From an uncultured Rhodospirillaceae bacterium (GTDB lineage Bacteria > Pseudomonadota > Alphaproteobacteria > UBA9219), in assembly GCA_964453225.1 (NCBI GenBank), contig CAYVNS010000003.1:29218-93217 (forward strand): a stretch of DNA of 64,000 bases, in the 5' to 3' direction. The translations under genes and the position numbers were made by a program. Under the pieces are notes generated by a model. It was not told where the DNA came from. It saw only the letters and a program-made list of their open reading frames with translations, and did no database searches. Positions 30,382 to 40,784 of the stretch are shown in pieces (the first letter of the stretch is position 1; the number at the start of each line of letters is the position of its first letter).

Positions 30382-31872
30382 TTACGCTTGCGGATCGTCT
30401 TGGAACCAATGCGCGCGCGCGGCCATAACGATCTCGTTCGCTTTTGATTCCGTCAGTTCGTCGACGCCCACAATCTCACGCAGCTCGTCGCCCGCAAGAT
30501 CGGCCACGTCGTCGAGCGTTTTGACGCCCTTTTCGCCAAGCTTCACCGCCATATCGATGCTGAGGCCCGGCAGTTCGACCACGGCGTCTTCCACGCCGAA
30601 TTCCTTGCGCTTGGCCTGCATCTTGGCCTCGTTTTCGGCAAGCCAGTTTTTCGCGCGCTCCTGAAGTTCGGACGCGACTTCGAGATCGAAGCCTTCGATG
30701 TCGGCCAGCTCGTCGACCGGCGTGTCGGCGATCTGCTCGACCTTCACGAACCCTTCCGTAACGAGCAGATGGGCGATGACATCGTCAACGGCCAACGCTT
30801 CGGTAAAGAGCGCCGTGCGGCTTGTGACCTCGTGCTGGCGTCGTTCGGCTTCTTCCTTTTCGGTGAGAATATCGATGTCCCAGCCGGTCAGCATCGACGC
30901 GAGGCGCACATTCTGGCCGCGGCGCCCGATGGCGAGCGACAGCTGTTCGTCGGGCACCACGACGTCCATGCGATGGTTTTCCTCGTCCAAAACGACCTTG
31001 GCGATTTCGGCAGGCGCAAGCGCATTGACGACGAAGGTCGCGGGGTCGGGCGACCAGGGAATAATATCGATTTTTTCGCCCTGCAATTCGCCGACGACCG
31101 CCTGAACGCGGCTGCCGCGCATGCCGACGCACGCACCGACCGGATCGATGCCGCTGTCGTTCGAGACGACGGCGATTTTGGCGCGGCTTCCCGGATCGCG
31201 CGCGACGGACTTGATTTCGATCACGCCGTCATAAATTTCGGGAACTTCCTGTGTAAACAGCTTGGCCATGAAAAGGGGATGCGTGCGCGACAGGAAAATC
31301 TGGGGGCCGCGCTGTTCTTCGCGCACATCGTAGATGTAGGCGCGGACGCGGTCGCCGTTTTTGAAATGTTCGCGCGGCAAGCTTTCGTCGCGGCGAAGCA
31401 TCGCTTCGGTACGGCCGAGGTCGATCGTCACGTTGCCGTACTCCACGCGCTTGACGATGCCGCTGATCACATCGCCCACGCGATCCTTGTATTCCTCGAA
31501 CTGACGATGGCGTTCGGCCTCGCGGACTTTCTGGACAATGACCTGCTTGGCCGTTTGCGCCGCGATGCGGCCCATTTCGATGGGCGGCAGATCGTCGACG
31601 ATAAAATCGCCGACTTGCGCGTCGGCTTTGCTTTTCTTCGCGGCCTTGACGTTGATTTGCGTAAATTCGTTTTCAATGGGGTCGGCCACCTGAAGCCAGC
31701 GTTGCAGGCGGACTTCGCCCGTTTTACGGTCGATCTGGGCGCGAATGTCGTGCTCGTGGCCGTATTTCGCGCGGCCCGCTTTCTGGATGGCCTGCTCCAT
31801 CGCGATCAAAACTTCTTCACGTTCGATTCCCTTCTCGCGGGAGACCACTTCGGCTACCTGTAACAACTCCAT
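30382..31872 (-). CDS. nusA: Transcription termination/antitermination factor NusA
   Basis: Full match in character to NusA (N-terminal domain, S1, KH1/KH2 GxxG, acidic C-terminal repeats). Confidence 0.95.
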   Translation of the reverse strand: MELLQVAEVVSREKGIEREEVLIAMEQAIQKAGRAKYGHEHDIRAQIDRKTGEVRLQRWLQVADPIENEFTQINVKAAKKSKADAQVGDFIVDDLPPIEMGRIAAQTAKQVIVQKVREAERHRQFEEYKDRVGDVISGIVKRVEYGNVTIDLGRTEAMLRRDESLPREHFKNGDRVRAYIYDVREEQRGPQIFLSRTHPLFMAKLFTQEVPEIYDGVIEIKSVARDPGSRAKIAVVSNDSGIDPVGACVGMRGSRVQAVVGELQGEKIDIIPWSPDPATFVVNALAPAEIAKVVLDEENHRMDVVVPDEQLSLAIGRRGQNVRLASMLTGWDIDILTEKEEAERRQHEVTSRTALFTEALAVDDVIAHLLVTEGFVKVEQIADTPVDELADIEGFDLEVASELQERAKNWLAENEAKMQAKRKEFGVEDAVVELPGLSIDMAVKLGEKGVKTLDDVADLAGDELREIVGVDELTESKANEIVMAARAHWFQDDPQA

Positions 31873-31873
31873 T

Positions 31874-32365
31874 TTACTTCTCCTGCTCCTTCTTTAACAA
31901 ATCATCCGTCAGCACCAGCTTGGCGCGGTCGATCGTCTCAAACGGCAGGCGAACCAGCCCCTTTTCCGTTTGAAGCGCGACAATGCCGTCCGCCATGCCC
32001 ATAAGCTTGCCCTGAAAGCGCTTTTGCCCGTCAACGGGGGCGCTCACCTCGATTTTTGCGTCGCGCCCCTGATAGCGATCGAAGTCCTTCGGCTTTACCA
32101 GCGGGCGGTCGATGCCCGGCGAACTCACTTCAAGCGCAAAGCGCGCGGCCAGATCTTGTTCGGCTTCAATCTTGCCGGAGACGATGCGGCTAAGCTTCGC
32201 ACAATCGCCCACCGCCATGCCGCCGCCCGTTTTAGGCTCCGCCATGACTTGAAGCGTTGAATATTTGCCGCCGCCCATGATTTGAACGCGCACAAGCTCG
32301 TAGCCGGCATCGTTAACGGCGCCTTCGACAAGCTGGGCAATTCTGTTTTCCACGGACTTCGACAT
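31874..32365 (-). CDS. rimP: Ribosome maturation factor RimP
   Basis: MSKSVENRIAQLVEGAVNDAGYELVRVQ is the RimP N-terminus. The track ORF extends to 32443 but the MSKS start is more plausible. It is immediately upstream of nusA. Confidence 0.8.
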   Translation of the reverse strand: MSKSVENRIAQLVEGAVNDAGYELVRVQIMGGGKYSTLQVMAEPKTGGGMAVGDCAKLSRIVSGKIEAEQDLAARFALEVSSPGIDRPLVKPKDFDRYQGRDAKIEVSAPVDGQKRFQGKLMGMADGIVALQTEKGLVRLPFETIDRAKLVLTDDLLKKEQEK

Positions 32366-32677
32366 CGTTCCGATAGCAAAATAGTGTGCGACAAAAGGTA
32401 ACAAAAAAGGCGGGCTTTCGGCCCACCTCCCTAATCCACCCATATGATGGTCTGGAAAAATAGCTATTTACGTTAAAAATGCAAGGGAAATCGTCGTCTG
32501 AGGAAAGCCTCTAAATGAAGCGACGGGCCTATTATTCCGCGGATTCGCAAGAGCTGCATCAAAAAAATTTCTTTAACTTCGTGCTTTTGGAGCCTTTTGA
32601 CTTTCCTGCATGCAAAAAAAGTGCCAAATTAACTATACGGTAGTGATTCGTTAAGATTTTCAGCTTATCCTCTTGTT

Positions 32678-34135
32678 ATGACCCTTTCCCAGCGCATTGA
32701 GCAAAGACAAGTCCAAACCCTTGTTATGACACCGCAATTGCAGCAGGCGATCCGTCTGTTGCAGATGTCTAACCTGGAGCTTGGGGATTATGTCGAACAG
32801 GAAATCGAGAAGAACCCCCTTCTGGAGCGCCTTGACGGAAATGCGGCCGACACTCGCCTCACGACCTCGAAAGGGGAAGATTTTGCCTCCTTTTCGGACA
32901 GCTCGTTTGAAAAGGTGGCGTCGCCTTCGGAAAACCTCGCCGGAAAAACAGAAGACCCGTGGATCAGCGATGGGTTCACGGCGCAGGACCGCTTTACCGG
33001 AACCGGCGGTTCTTTTGACGAAGACGATTACGCCGGCGCCCAAAATATCGCCGAAAAGCCAAGCTTGAGGAAGCATCTTCTTGAGCAAATCCATGTGGAT
33101 TTCGCCCAGCCGGGGGATCGGATCATTGCCGCCGCGCTTGTCGAGATGCTGGACGAGGCCGGGTATTTGCCCGCCGATCTGGACCTGATGCGCGCGCAGC
33201 TTGGCGTGGCGCCGGATCACTTCGAGGCCATTATCGCGCGCTTGCAACGCTTTGACCCATGCGGCATTTTTGCCCGCTCGCTGCATGAATGCCTTGCCCT
33301 GCAGCTGCATGAAAGGGATCGGCTTGACCCGGCCATGGGACTTTTACTGCAACATCTGGATTTGCTGGCCAAGCGCGAGCATGCCGCCTTGATGCGGATT
33401 TGCAACGTGGATGCGGAAGATCTGGCGGATATGATCGCCGAAATCCGGCAGCTGAATCCCAAACCATCGACGGCCTTCACGTCGGACGTCGCGCCGCCCA
33501 TCGTGCCCGACGTTATTTTGCGGCCCCAGCCCGGCGGCGGGTGGCATATCGAGCTGAACACGGACACCCTGCCCCGCGTTTTGGCGAACGAGCGCTATTA
33601 CACGCAGATAAAAATTTCCACCTCGCGAAAAGAGGACAAGGACTACATCGCGGATCATTGGCAGCAGGCGAATTGGCTGGTTAAGGCCCTGCACCAGCGC
33701 GCGACGACGATTTTAAAAGTGGCCTCGGAAATTGTGCGGCAGCAGGACGCCTTTTTCATAAACGGCGTGCATCACTTAAAGCCGCTGATTCTGAAGGATA
33801 TCGCGCTGGCCGTTGAGATGCACGAGTCCACCGTTAGCCGCGTTACGCAACACAAATACATCGCCACCCCGCGCGGCATGTTCGAGCTGAAATACTTCTT
33901 TACCACGGCTTTGGCCCGCAGCGACGGCGGCAACGACATGTCATCGGAAGCCGTTAGGGTGCGCATCCGCGCGCTGATCGACAAGGAGAAGCCGACCGCC
34001 ATTTTATCGGACGACCATCTCTCGATGATCTTGCGCGGCGAGGGTATCGATATTGCGCGGCGCACCGTTGCCAAGTATCGCGAAGCGCTGCGCATCCCCA
34101 CATCGGCGCAAAGACGCCGCGAGAAGCGAATTTAA
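32678..34135 (+). CDS. rpoN: RNA polymerase sigma-54 factor
   Basis: MTLSQRIEQRQVQTLVMTPQLQQAIRLLQMSNLEL is the sigma-54 activator-interacting domain. RpoN box ARRTVAKYRE near the C-terminus. Confidence 0.92.
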   Translation: MTLSQRIEQRQVQTLVMTPQLQQAIRLLQMSNLELGDYVEQEIEKNPLLERLDGNAADTRLTTSKGEDFASFSDSSFEKVASPSENLAGKTEDPWISDGFTAQDRFTGTGGSFDEDDYAGAQNIAEKPSLRKHLLEQIHVDFAQPGDRIIAAALVEMLDEAGYLPADLDLMRAQLGVAPDHFEAIIARLQRFDPCGIFARSLHECLALQLHERDRLDPAMGLLLQHLDLLAKREHAALMRICNVDAEDLADMIAEIRQLNPKPSTAFTSDVAPPIVPDVILRPQPGGGWHIELNTDTLPRVLANERYYTQIKISTSRKEDKDYIADHWQQANWLVKALHQRATTILKVASEIVRQQDAFFINGVHHLKPLILKDIALAVEMHESTVSRVTQHKYIATPRGMFELKYFFTTALARSDGGNDMSSEAVRVRIRALIDKEKPTAILSDDHLSMILRGEGIDIARRTVAKYREALRIPTSAQRRREKRI

Positions 34136-35379
34136 GAACGGCCATGCGCGATCGGTCGCTTGGCGCGCAGAAAACTTAAGATCATCAGAGCGGTTACCAC
34201 AAAGGGCGTTAACGGCGCGCCTTGCTCGCCTAGGCTTCGCGCAAACATGGGCAGGATCCAGAGCGCCCCATAAATGATTTTTTCACGCGTTTGAAAGCCT
34301 GCTTTGGAGGCCTCCCGCACCCAGAAGGCGATGGGAACCATGAGAATCGCCAAATCATAGTCATTAACATAAGGCGTCGTGAGCAAAAGAGCGGCGCCGA
34401 GCGCAGCAACGCGCACATCGAAAGCCGCTTTCTTTCGCCAAATCCATGTCGCGCAAACAAAAGCGGCAAGGCCGGCGACGGCTTGAAGGGCGTAGCCCTG
34501 TTCTTTGCTGCCGCCCCAAAGATGAACCATCGCGTTGACGCTTTGAATTTTATGCCACCCCGACCAGCCCTGATCGAGAACGACGAGCCGGGTTTTTTCG
34601 AAGCTGTCAAAAAAAGCGAGCCAGGTATCCGCCCCGAAAACGGCCAAGGATAACGCCGCGCTTGCGGCGGCAACCGCAAGGGAAATGAGCGCGACCTTTT
34701 TATGGCCGCCCAAAAAAAGGATAAAGGGAACGATCACGAAATACTGAGGCTTATAGGCCGTGAGGCCAAGCATCAGGCCTGCCCTCCAAGGCCGGCTTTC
34801 GAGAAAAAGCATGCCGGCGCCCAAAAGAGATGCCGTTAGAAAGCCGTTTTGTCCGTTGAGAATATTGATAAAAACACCCGGGAAAGCGACAAGCAGCCAA
34901 AAGCTTTCTTTTGTTCGCGGCAAAATGCAGCGCGTCACGATCCAATATAAAGAAAAGCCCACTGCCAGATAAAGCCCAAGAGCCCATTCATAAGGCGCAC
35001 GCGCAAAAAGCGAGGCAACAGCCAGAAACATGGGCGGATAATGCCAGGCAAAATAAGCGGTTCCGGCCCCCATGACGGCTTCTTCGGCCTGCCGGTGGAG
35101 TATGTAATCATAAACGGCCGCGGGAATGCCGTTGTTTGTAAGCACGCCCGCCGCATAGACGTTGAGAAAATCGGCCCCCAAGGGAATGCCTTCGTTCCGC
35201 AGAAACGCGCCGAAAGGAATGGATACCAGGCTGATGACGATAAACTCGGCCAAAAGCACTTGCGCAAGGACGATGAAAAGCGGCACTTCGATCTTTTTGA
35301 GGCTGTCGATAAAATTCCTGGCCTCTTTTGGGATCCTGTTTTGCAAGCTCATGGCGCCTCTTTTTTCTGGTTTCGCCAT
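34132..35379 (-). CDS. Polytopic integral membrane protein, DUF2029/GT87-like (putative lipid-linked glycosyltransferase)
   Basis: About 10 predicted TM helices. The overall pattern resembles DUF2029 mannosyltransferase-like proteins. The family call is tentative. Confidence 0.45.
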   Translation of the reverse strand: MAKPEKRGAMSLQNRIPKEARNFIDSLKKIEVPLFIVLAQVLLAEFIVISLVSIPFGAFLRNEGIPLGADFLNVYAAGVLTNNGIPAAVYDYILHRQAEEAVMGAGTAYFAWHYPPMFLAVASLFARAPYEWALGLYLAVGFSLYWIVTRCILPRTKESFWLLVAFPGVFINILNGQNGFLTASLLGAGMLFLESRPWRAGLMLGLTAYKPQYFVIVPFILFLGGHKKVALISLAVAAASAALSLAVFGADTWLAFFDSFEKTRLVVLDQGWSGWHKIQSVNAMVHLWGGSKEQGYALQAVAGLAAFVCATWIWRKKAAFDVRVAALGAALLLTTPYVNDYDLAILMVPIAFWVREASKAGFQTREKIIYGALWILPMFARSLGEQGAPLTPFVVTALMILSFLRAKRPIAHGRS

Positions 35380-35576
35380 TAGAAAAAGAGAGTCCTGAAG
35401 AAAGCCTTAAGACTTAACCCCAAACGACCAAGGGCCGTGCGGAGCAGCTAATCCCCTGTTATGCCTTACAAAACCCTTATTTCGGAGAAGATATATTCCG
35501 CGATTGACTTGCGCTTGCCGCTTGCCCTTTACTGCGGGCTTCGAATAGACGCGCCTCTCGCATTCAAAGGCATGAA

Positions 35577-36347
35577 ATGGATAAGAAAGACAAAACCACG
35601 AATTCTTCCGCCCAATCTTCCGCCGTTCAAAGCGGTCTTGAGACTTTTCGCACGATCTTTTACGCGCTTCTCATCGCGCTGGTCATTCGTACCTTTGCGT
35701 TTGAGCCCTTTAACATTCCGTCCAGCTCCATGGTGCCGAATTTGCTCGTGGGTGATTTTTTATTCGTTTCCAAATTCTCGTACGGCTACGGATCGCGTGG
35801 GACTTTTCTCGGCCTTCTCCCCTTTTCGGGACGCCTTTTCGGGGCTGAGCCGAAACGCGGCGATGTGATCGTTTTTAAACTGCCGACCGATCCTTCCGTG
35901 GATTACATCAAACGCCTGATCGGCCTGCCGGGCGATACGGTGCAGATGCGCCATGGGCAGCTTTACCTTAACGGCGTGCCGGTGGAGCGCGACCGCATGC
36001 CCGACATGGCCAACCGCGAGGCGACCAAACCGCCGTCGACGGCCACGGATTACATGGAGCACTTGCCGGGCGCGCCGTCCCATATCATCCGCAAGTACGG
36101 CGACGAGATGCCGCTGGATAACACGGATGTTTATACGGTGCCGCCGCAACATTATTTCTTCATGGGCGACAACCGCGACAATTCACAGGATAGCCGGACC
36201 AGGCTGGTTGGCTTCGTTCCCGAAGAAAACCTTGTTGGAAAAGCGCAAGTTTTGTTCTTTTCAATCGATGAGGACACGCATTTCTGGGAAATCTGGACAT
36301 GGCCGTGGACCGTTCGCTGGTCGCGGCTTTTCGAGAAGATCGTATAA
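35577..36347 (+). CDS. lepB: Signal peptidase I
   Basis: IPSSSMVPNLLVGDFLFVSKFSYGY (Ser box) and GDNRDNSQDSR (box E). Confidence 0.9.
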   Translation: MDKKDKTTNSSAQSSAVQSGLETFRTIFYALLIALVIRTFAFEPFNIPSSSMVPNLLVGDFLFVSKFSYGYGSRGTFLGLLPFSGRLFGAEPKRGDVIVFKLPTDPSVDYIKRLIGLPGDTVQMRHGQLYLNGVPVERDRMPDMANREATKPPSTATDYMEHLPGAPSHIIRKYGDEMPLDNTDVYTVPPQHYFFMGDNRDNSQDSRTRLVGFVPEENLVGKAQVLFFSIDEDTHFWEIWTWPWTVRWSRLFEKIV

Positions 36348-36350
36348 GCA

Positions 36351-37052
36351 ATGACGCATGCTCCCGCTTCAAAACCCGATTCCGCGGCGTTGGCCGAGAA
36401 ACTGGGCCACACGTTTAAACAGCCGAAGCTACTTGAAGGAGCTTTGACGCATCCGTCTTTATCCGGCGCAAAGCGCAAGAAAGAGTCGGCTTACGAACGT
36501 CTGGAATTTCTTGGCGACCGGGTTTTAGGGTTGGCCATCGCTGAGTGGCTTTATGAAACTTTTCCGAACGCCGATGAAGGCGAGATGGCCAAGCGGCACG
36601 CCGCGCTTGTCAACCGCCATGCCTTGCGCGCCATTGCCCAGACCATCGGCCTTGGCAAATTTGTTCGACTGGCGCACGGCGAAAACGCCGAAGCGGGAAG
36701 AAAAAATCTGGCGACGCTGCCCGATGCGATGGAGGCCGTGATCGGGGCTTTGTATCTGGACGGGGGCTTTGAGGCGTCGCGCCAATTTATTCGCCAGTAC
36801 TGGCAGCGCGACATTGCCGTTACCGAAGCGCCCGCCGACCCCAAGACGACCTTGCAGGAATGGGCGCAAGGGCAAGGCTTGCCCCTGCCCGTTTACCGCG
36901 TCGTGGAAAACTCGGGGCCCGCGCATGCGCCCAAATTCGTCGTCGAAGCAAGCGTCAAAGGCTTTGGCCCCGCGACCGCCGAGGGCAATTCCAAACGCGA
37001 CGCGCAAAAAGCTGCGGCCTCAAAGCTGCTTGAAGTGGTTGGAAAGAAATGA
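36351..37052 (+). CDS. rnc: Ribonuclease III
   Basis: ERLEFLGDRVLGLAIAEWLY is the RNase III signature. A dsRBD lies at the C-terminus. Confidence 0.92.
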   Translation: MTHAPASKPDSAALAEKLGHTFKQPKLLEGALTHPSLSGAKRKKESAYERLEFLGDRVLGLAIAEWLYETFPNADEGEMAKRHAALVNRHALRAIAQTIGLGKFVRLAHGENAEAGRKNLATLPDAMEAVIGALYLDGGFEASRQFIRQYWQRDIAVTEAPADPKTTLQEWAQGQGLPLPVYRVVENSGPAHAPKFVVEASVKGFGPATAEGNSKRDAQKAAASKLLEVVGKK

Positions 37053-37966
37053 CCGCAAACGCAAAAACGGGCCTGCATTCCGGATATGTCGCTCTCATCG
37101 GCGCGCCGAACGCCGGAAAATCCACGCTCATGAACCGGATGATCGGGCAAAAGGTCTCGATCGTCAGCCCCAAGGCGCAGACAACGCGCATACGCATGCT
37201 GGGCATTTTGACGGAAGGCGACACTCAAATTTGTTTTATCGACACGCCGGGCATTTTTGCGCCGAAAAGACGCCTTGACCGCGCCATGGTGGCCGCCGCG
37301 TGGGCCAGCGTTGGGGACGCCGACGCGGTCGTTGTGCTGGTCGACGCCGCCGATCGCAAAGAGAATGAGAAGATCGGCTTTATCATCGAGGCGCTAAAAC
37401 AGCGGTCGAAATCCGCGATCCTTGTTTTGAATAAGGTGGATGCCGTAACGCCCCTGAAGCTGTTGCCCTTAACCGAGACCTTGAACGCCGCGGGCGTTTT
37501 TTCGGATGTCTTTATGGTCTCGGCCTTAAAGGGCGACGGCGTCGACGATCTGAAAGCGGCTTTGAAAAAGAGGATGCCTGAAGGCCCGTGGTTTTTCGGA
37601 GAGGATCAGATTAGCGATCTGCCGACGCAAATTTTAGCCGCCGAAATGACGCGCGAGCAAATCTACCGCCAGTTGCAGCAGGAACTGCCCTATGCCGCCG
37701 CCGTCTTGCCCGAAAGCCTTGACGAGAAACGCGACGGCTCGGTGGTCATTCGGCAGATTATCGTCGTGGCCCGCGCCAATCATCGCGCGATCGTTCTGGG
37801 TAAGGGCGGCGCGCGCATCAAGTCCATCGGCGAAGCCGCCCGCAAAGACATGGCGCGTCTTTTGGATCGCGAGGTGCATCTTTTCCTGGACGTCAAGACG
37901 GATGAAAAGTGGCAGGATCGACCGGAATTTTACCGCACGTTCGGTTTGGATTTCGCCGCGAAGTAG
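37049..37966 (+). CDS. era: GTPase Era
   Basis: [19 protein letters not shown]-terminal KH domain. A 4-nt overlap joins it to rnc. Confidence 0.92.
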   Translation: MTANAKTGLHSGYVALIGAPNAGKSTLMNRMIGQKVSIVSPKAQTTRIRMLGILTEGDTQICFIDTPGIFAPKRRLDRAMVAAAWASVGDADAVVVLVDAADRKENEKIGFIIEALKQRSKSAILVLNKVDAVTPLKLLPLTETLNAAGVFSDVFMVSALKGDGVDDLKAALKKRMPEGPWFFGEDQISDLPTQILAAEMTREQIYRQLQQELPYAAAVLPESLDEKRDGSVVIRQIIVVARANHRAIVLGKGGARIKSIGEAARKDMARLLDREVHLFLDVKTDEKWQDRPEFYRTFGLDFAAK

Positions 37967-38032
37967 AGGACATTGCCTATCGTTCCGAATAAGGACAAAC
38001 TATTAAGCCGTTTCGCATTGCTTCTTGGGATT

Positions 38033-38560
38033 ATGACAAAAAACACTTTTTTCTTTTTTCTCTTTCTGTTGGCTTCCGGCGTTGCGTCAGCCTCTGAATT
38101 CTCCTCCCGACTTCAGTACTGGGCTTCGCCGCGCGACGTCGCCCCTTTGGTTTTTGAAGACGGCGACGGCGTTCAACACGCTTTGTCGGAATTCAGGGGA
38201 AGGTTCGTTCTTCTGAATGTCTGGGCGACATGGTGCCCGCCGTGCGTTTATGAAATGCCGTCGTTCGAAAAACTTCAGCAGCGGTTCGACCCTTCCGTGC
38301 TTTTCGTTTTACCCCTTTCCGAAGATTATGAGCCGGAGAAAGCCGAGGCTTTTTACAGATCGCACCGCCTGTCGCATTTACCTCTAGCCAGCGACAGCAC
38401 GGGGCGCGCCCTTTCCGTCTTTTCCTTAAAGGGCCTGCCGACGACGCTTCTCATTGACCCGCAGGGACGGGAGGTTGCGCGCCTGCACGGCATTTTTGAC
38501 TGGAACAGCGAGGAAGCCGTGTCGTTTTTGAGGAGCCACATCGACAGGTACAAACGGTAA
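38033..38560 (+). CDS. TlpA-like periplasmic thiol:disulfide oxidoreductase (thioredoxin fold)
   Basis: Signal peptide MTKNTFFFFLFLLASGVASA. Active site WATWCPPC. The track ORF starts at a TTG at 37973; the ATG at 38033 is preferred. Confidence 0.7.
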   Translation: MTKNTFFFFLFLLASGVASASEFSSRLQYWASPRDVAPLVFEDGDGVQHALSEFRGRFVLLNVWATWCPPCVYEMPSFEKLQQRFDPSVLFVLPLSEDYEPEKAEAFYRSHRLSHLPLASDSTGRALSVFSLKGLPTTLLIDPQGREVARLHGIFDWNSEEAVSFLRSHIDRYKR

Positions 38561-38669
38561 GCTTATCTTTCGGTTTTGAGCCGTATTTGCGGTAATTAAG
38601 CAAACCTTTAACCATTCGTCCTAGAATCGAGCCTGTATATAAGGGATTTGTATTTTAAGGCGCTGAAAT

Positions 38670-39194
38670 ATGGGCGTTTTTTTTCATAACGACTTTTTTG
38701 GTCTTTTACATTTTGCCCGCCAATCCTTTCACGTGGAAGAAAGGGATAGCCTTCCTGCGCGAAAGAGCCGCTTTGTTCTTGGCCCGGAAGCTGCGCCGAA
38801 AACGATTCTCCGCAACCGCGATTATCCGCCGGATTTTCATCTTTATACGTTCGCCGGCCCGATGATCGAGCAGGTGCGTTTCATGAACAATGATGCCCAA
38901 GAAGTGCGCTGTCCCGCGCTGGTAGCGCGCATGGTTCGGAAAAAGACATTCACGCAAGGCCTTATGATCGGCGCGGCGAGCATGGAAGAGATGACCTGCT
39001 CCTTAAGGGATTTGCGCACGTATAAAAACGACGACAAAGGAATCACCGGACATCCCCAGACGGAAAGCATCGCCCGTGAGTTAGAAGCGTACTATGAGAC
39101 CAAGGTCGCTTCCAGAAAGCGGGAAAGCAAAATTGCGGAAATCGACTTCATGCATTTGGCCGCCCCGCCGACGGGCGAGCACAAGCGGCATTAA
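38670..39194 (+). CDS. Hypothetical protein (174 aa)
   Basis: Reasonable RBS (AAGG, 9 nt upstream). No recognisable family. It is preceded by an AT-rich intergenic region. Confidence 0.4.
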   Translation: MGVFFHNDFFGLLHFARQSFHVEERDSLPARKSRFVLGPEAAPKTILRNRDYPPDFHLYTFAGPMIEQVRFMNNDAQEVRCPALVARMVRKKTFTQGLMIGAASMEEMTCSLRDLRTYKNDDKGITGHPQTESIARELEAYYETKVASRKRESKIAEIDFMHLAAPPTGEHKRH

Positions 39195-39219
39195 AGGCTT
39201 TGTTGCGCGCGCAGAGCCT

Positions 39220-40632
39220 TTATTTGCCCTTTTTGGCCTCATAGAGATGGACGCCGCGGATGAGATCCAGAGCGCGGGCGAGCTGGTAATCAAACGGCGG
39301 TTCGTCGGCCTTTGATTCCTTGGCCCCCTTGTTTTTGCCTTTTGATTTTTCGCTCTCCATGGGCGGCAAGGGCTCTTCCTCTTCGGCGGGCGCTGTGCTT
39401 TTCCCGTTCTTGTCCTTGGATTCGTTTTGCAAAGCGCCCTTCAGATCGGCTTCGTGCACGCCGGGGCCGGAGGCGACCTTTTCAAGCTTCGCTTGCTGCA
39501 CGATGATATCGGGCTCGATGCCCAAGGCCTGGATCGAGCGGCCCGACGGCGTATAGTAACGGGCCGTCGTCAAGCGCATCGCGCCGCCGCCCGCCACCGG
39601 GATGATGGTTTGAACCGAGCCTTTGCCGAAACTCTTTGTACCGACAAGAATGGCGCGCTTGTGATCTTGCAAGGCGCCGGCCACGATTTCGGACGCCGAC
39701 GCCGAACCGCCGTTGACCAGAACGGCGATGGGCTTGCCATGCGCTCTCTCGCCGCCTTTGGCGAACATTTTTTGCTCGTCCTCTTTGTGGCGACCGCGCG
39801 TGGCCACGACTTCCTTGCCCGATTCGAGGAACGTGCTGGAAACCGAGACCGCTTCGTCCAACAGCCCGCCGGGATTGTTTCGCAGATCGAGGACATAGCC
39901 GATAAGCTTGTCGCCGATCTTGTCGTCGATTTCCTTCAGGGCTTTATCGAGGCCCGTTTGCGTCTGCTCGTTAAACGCGCTGATGCGGATGTAAGCGATC
40001 TCGTCCTTCGGCTCCCATTTGACAGAGCGCACATGAATCACGGCGCGCGTGAGGGTGAGGTCAAAGGGCGTGCCCGACAAGCCGCCGCGGCGCAAGGTGA
40101 GAACGATCTTCGTTCCCGGAGTGCCGCGCATGTGATCGACCGCCTCGTTCAGGGTGTAATCCGTGACGGGCTTGGAATCGATATGCGTGATCAAATCGTT
40201 CGGCTGGATGCCCGCTTTGGCGGCGGGCGTATCGTCGATTGGGGATACGACTTTGACAATGCCGTTGTCCATCGTGACTTCGATGCCAAGGCCGCCGAAT
40301 TCGCCCTTGGTTTGCGTTTGCATATCGGAGAAGTTTTTCTTGTTCATATAACCCGAATGCGGGTCGAGCGCGGAGAGCATGCCGTTAAGGGCGTTTTCAA
40401 TCAGCTTGTCATCCGTCACCGGGTCGACATAATCGGCGCGCACACGCTCCAGCACATCGGAAAAAAGGGTGAGTTGCTTGAAAGTATCGGCGGCGCTGTC
40501 GGTCGGCTTGGGTTCGGCCGCGGGCGCAGGCGGCGTCGCCGGCGCGGGGGCGGTTTTCGCCCAAAGCGGCGCGGACACGAACCCAGCCAGAAGGAGAGAG
40601 AGAAGAAGAGACCGAAGCGGATTTTTAAGCAT
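39220..40632 (-). CDS. ctpA: Carboxy-terminal processing protease (S41 family, PDZ-containing)
   Basis: PDZ region [29 protein letters not shown]. Catalytic region [34 protein letters not shown]. Confidence 0.85.
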   Translation of the reverse strand: [470 protein letters not shown]

Positions 40633-40784
40633 AAGGGATCCTGAGAAAAGCGGGGGCCAAACAGGGCGCCAGTTTAGGGGGTGCCTTTCTGAATCACAAG
40701 AGGAAGATAGGACTTCAGCGTGGAATAGAAGTCAAACAGGCCTAAAGCGAAAAGAGCAATTTTCGACCCGCCCGTCCGCCTGAT

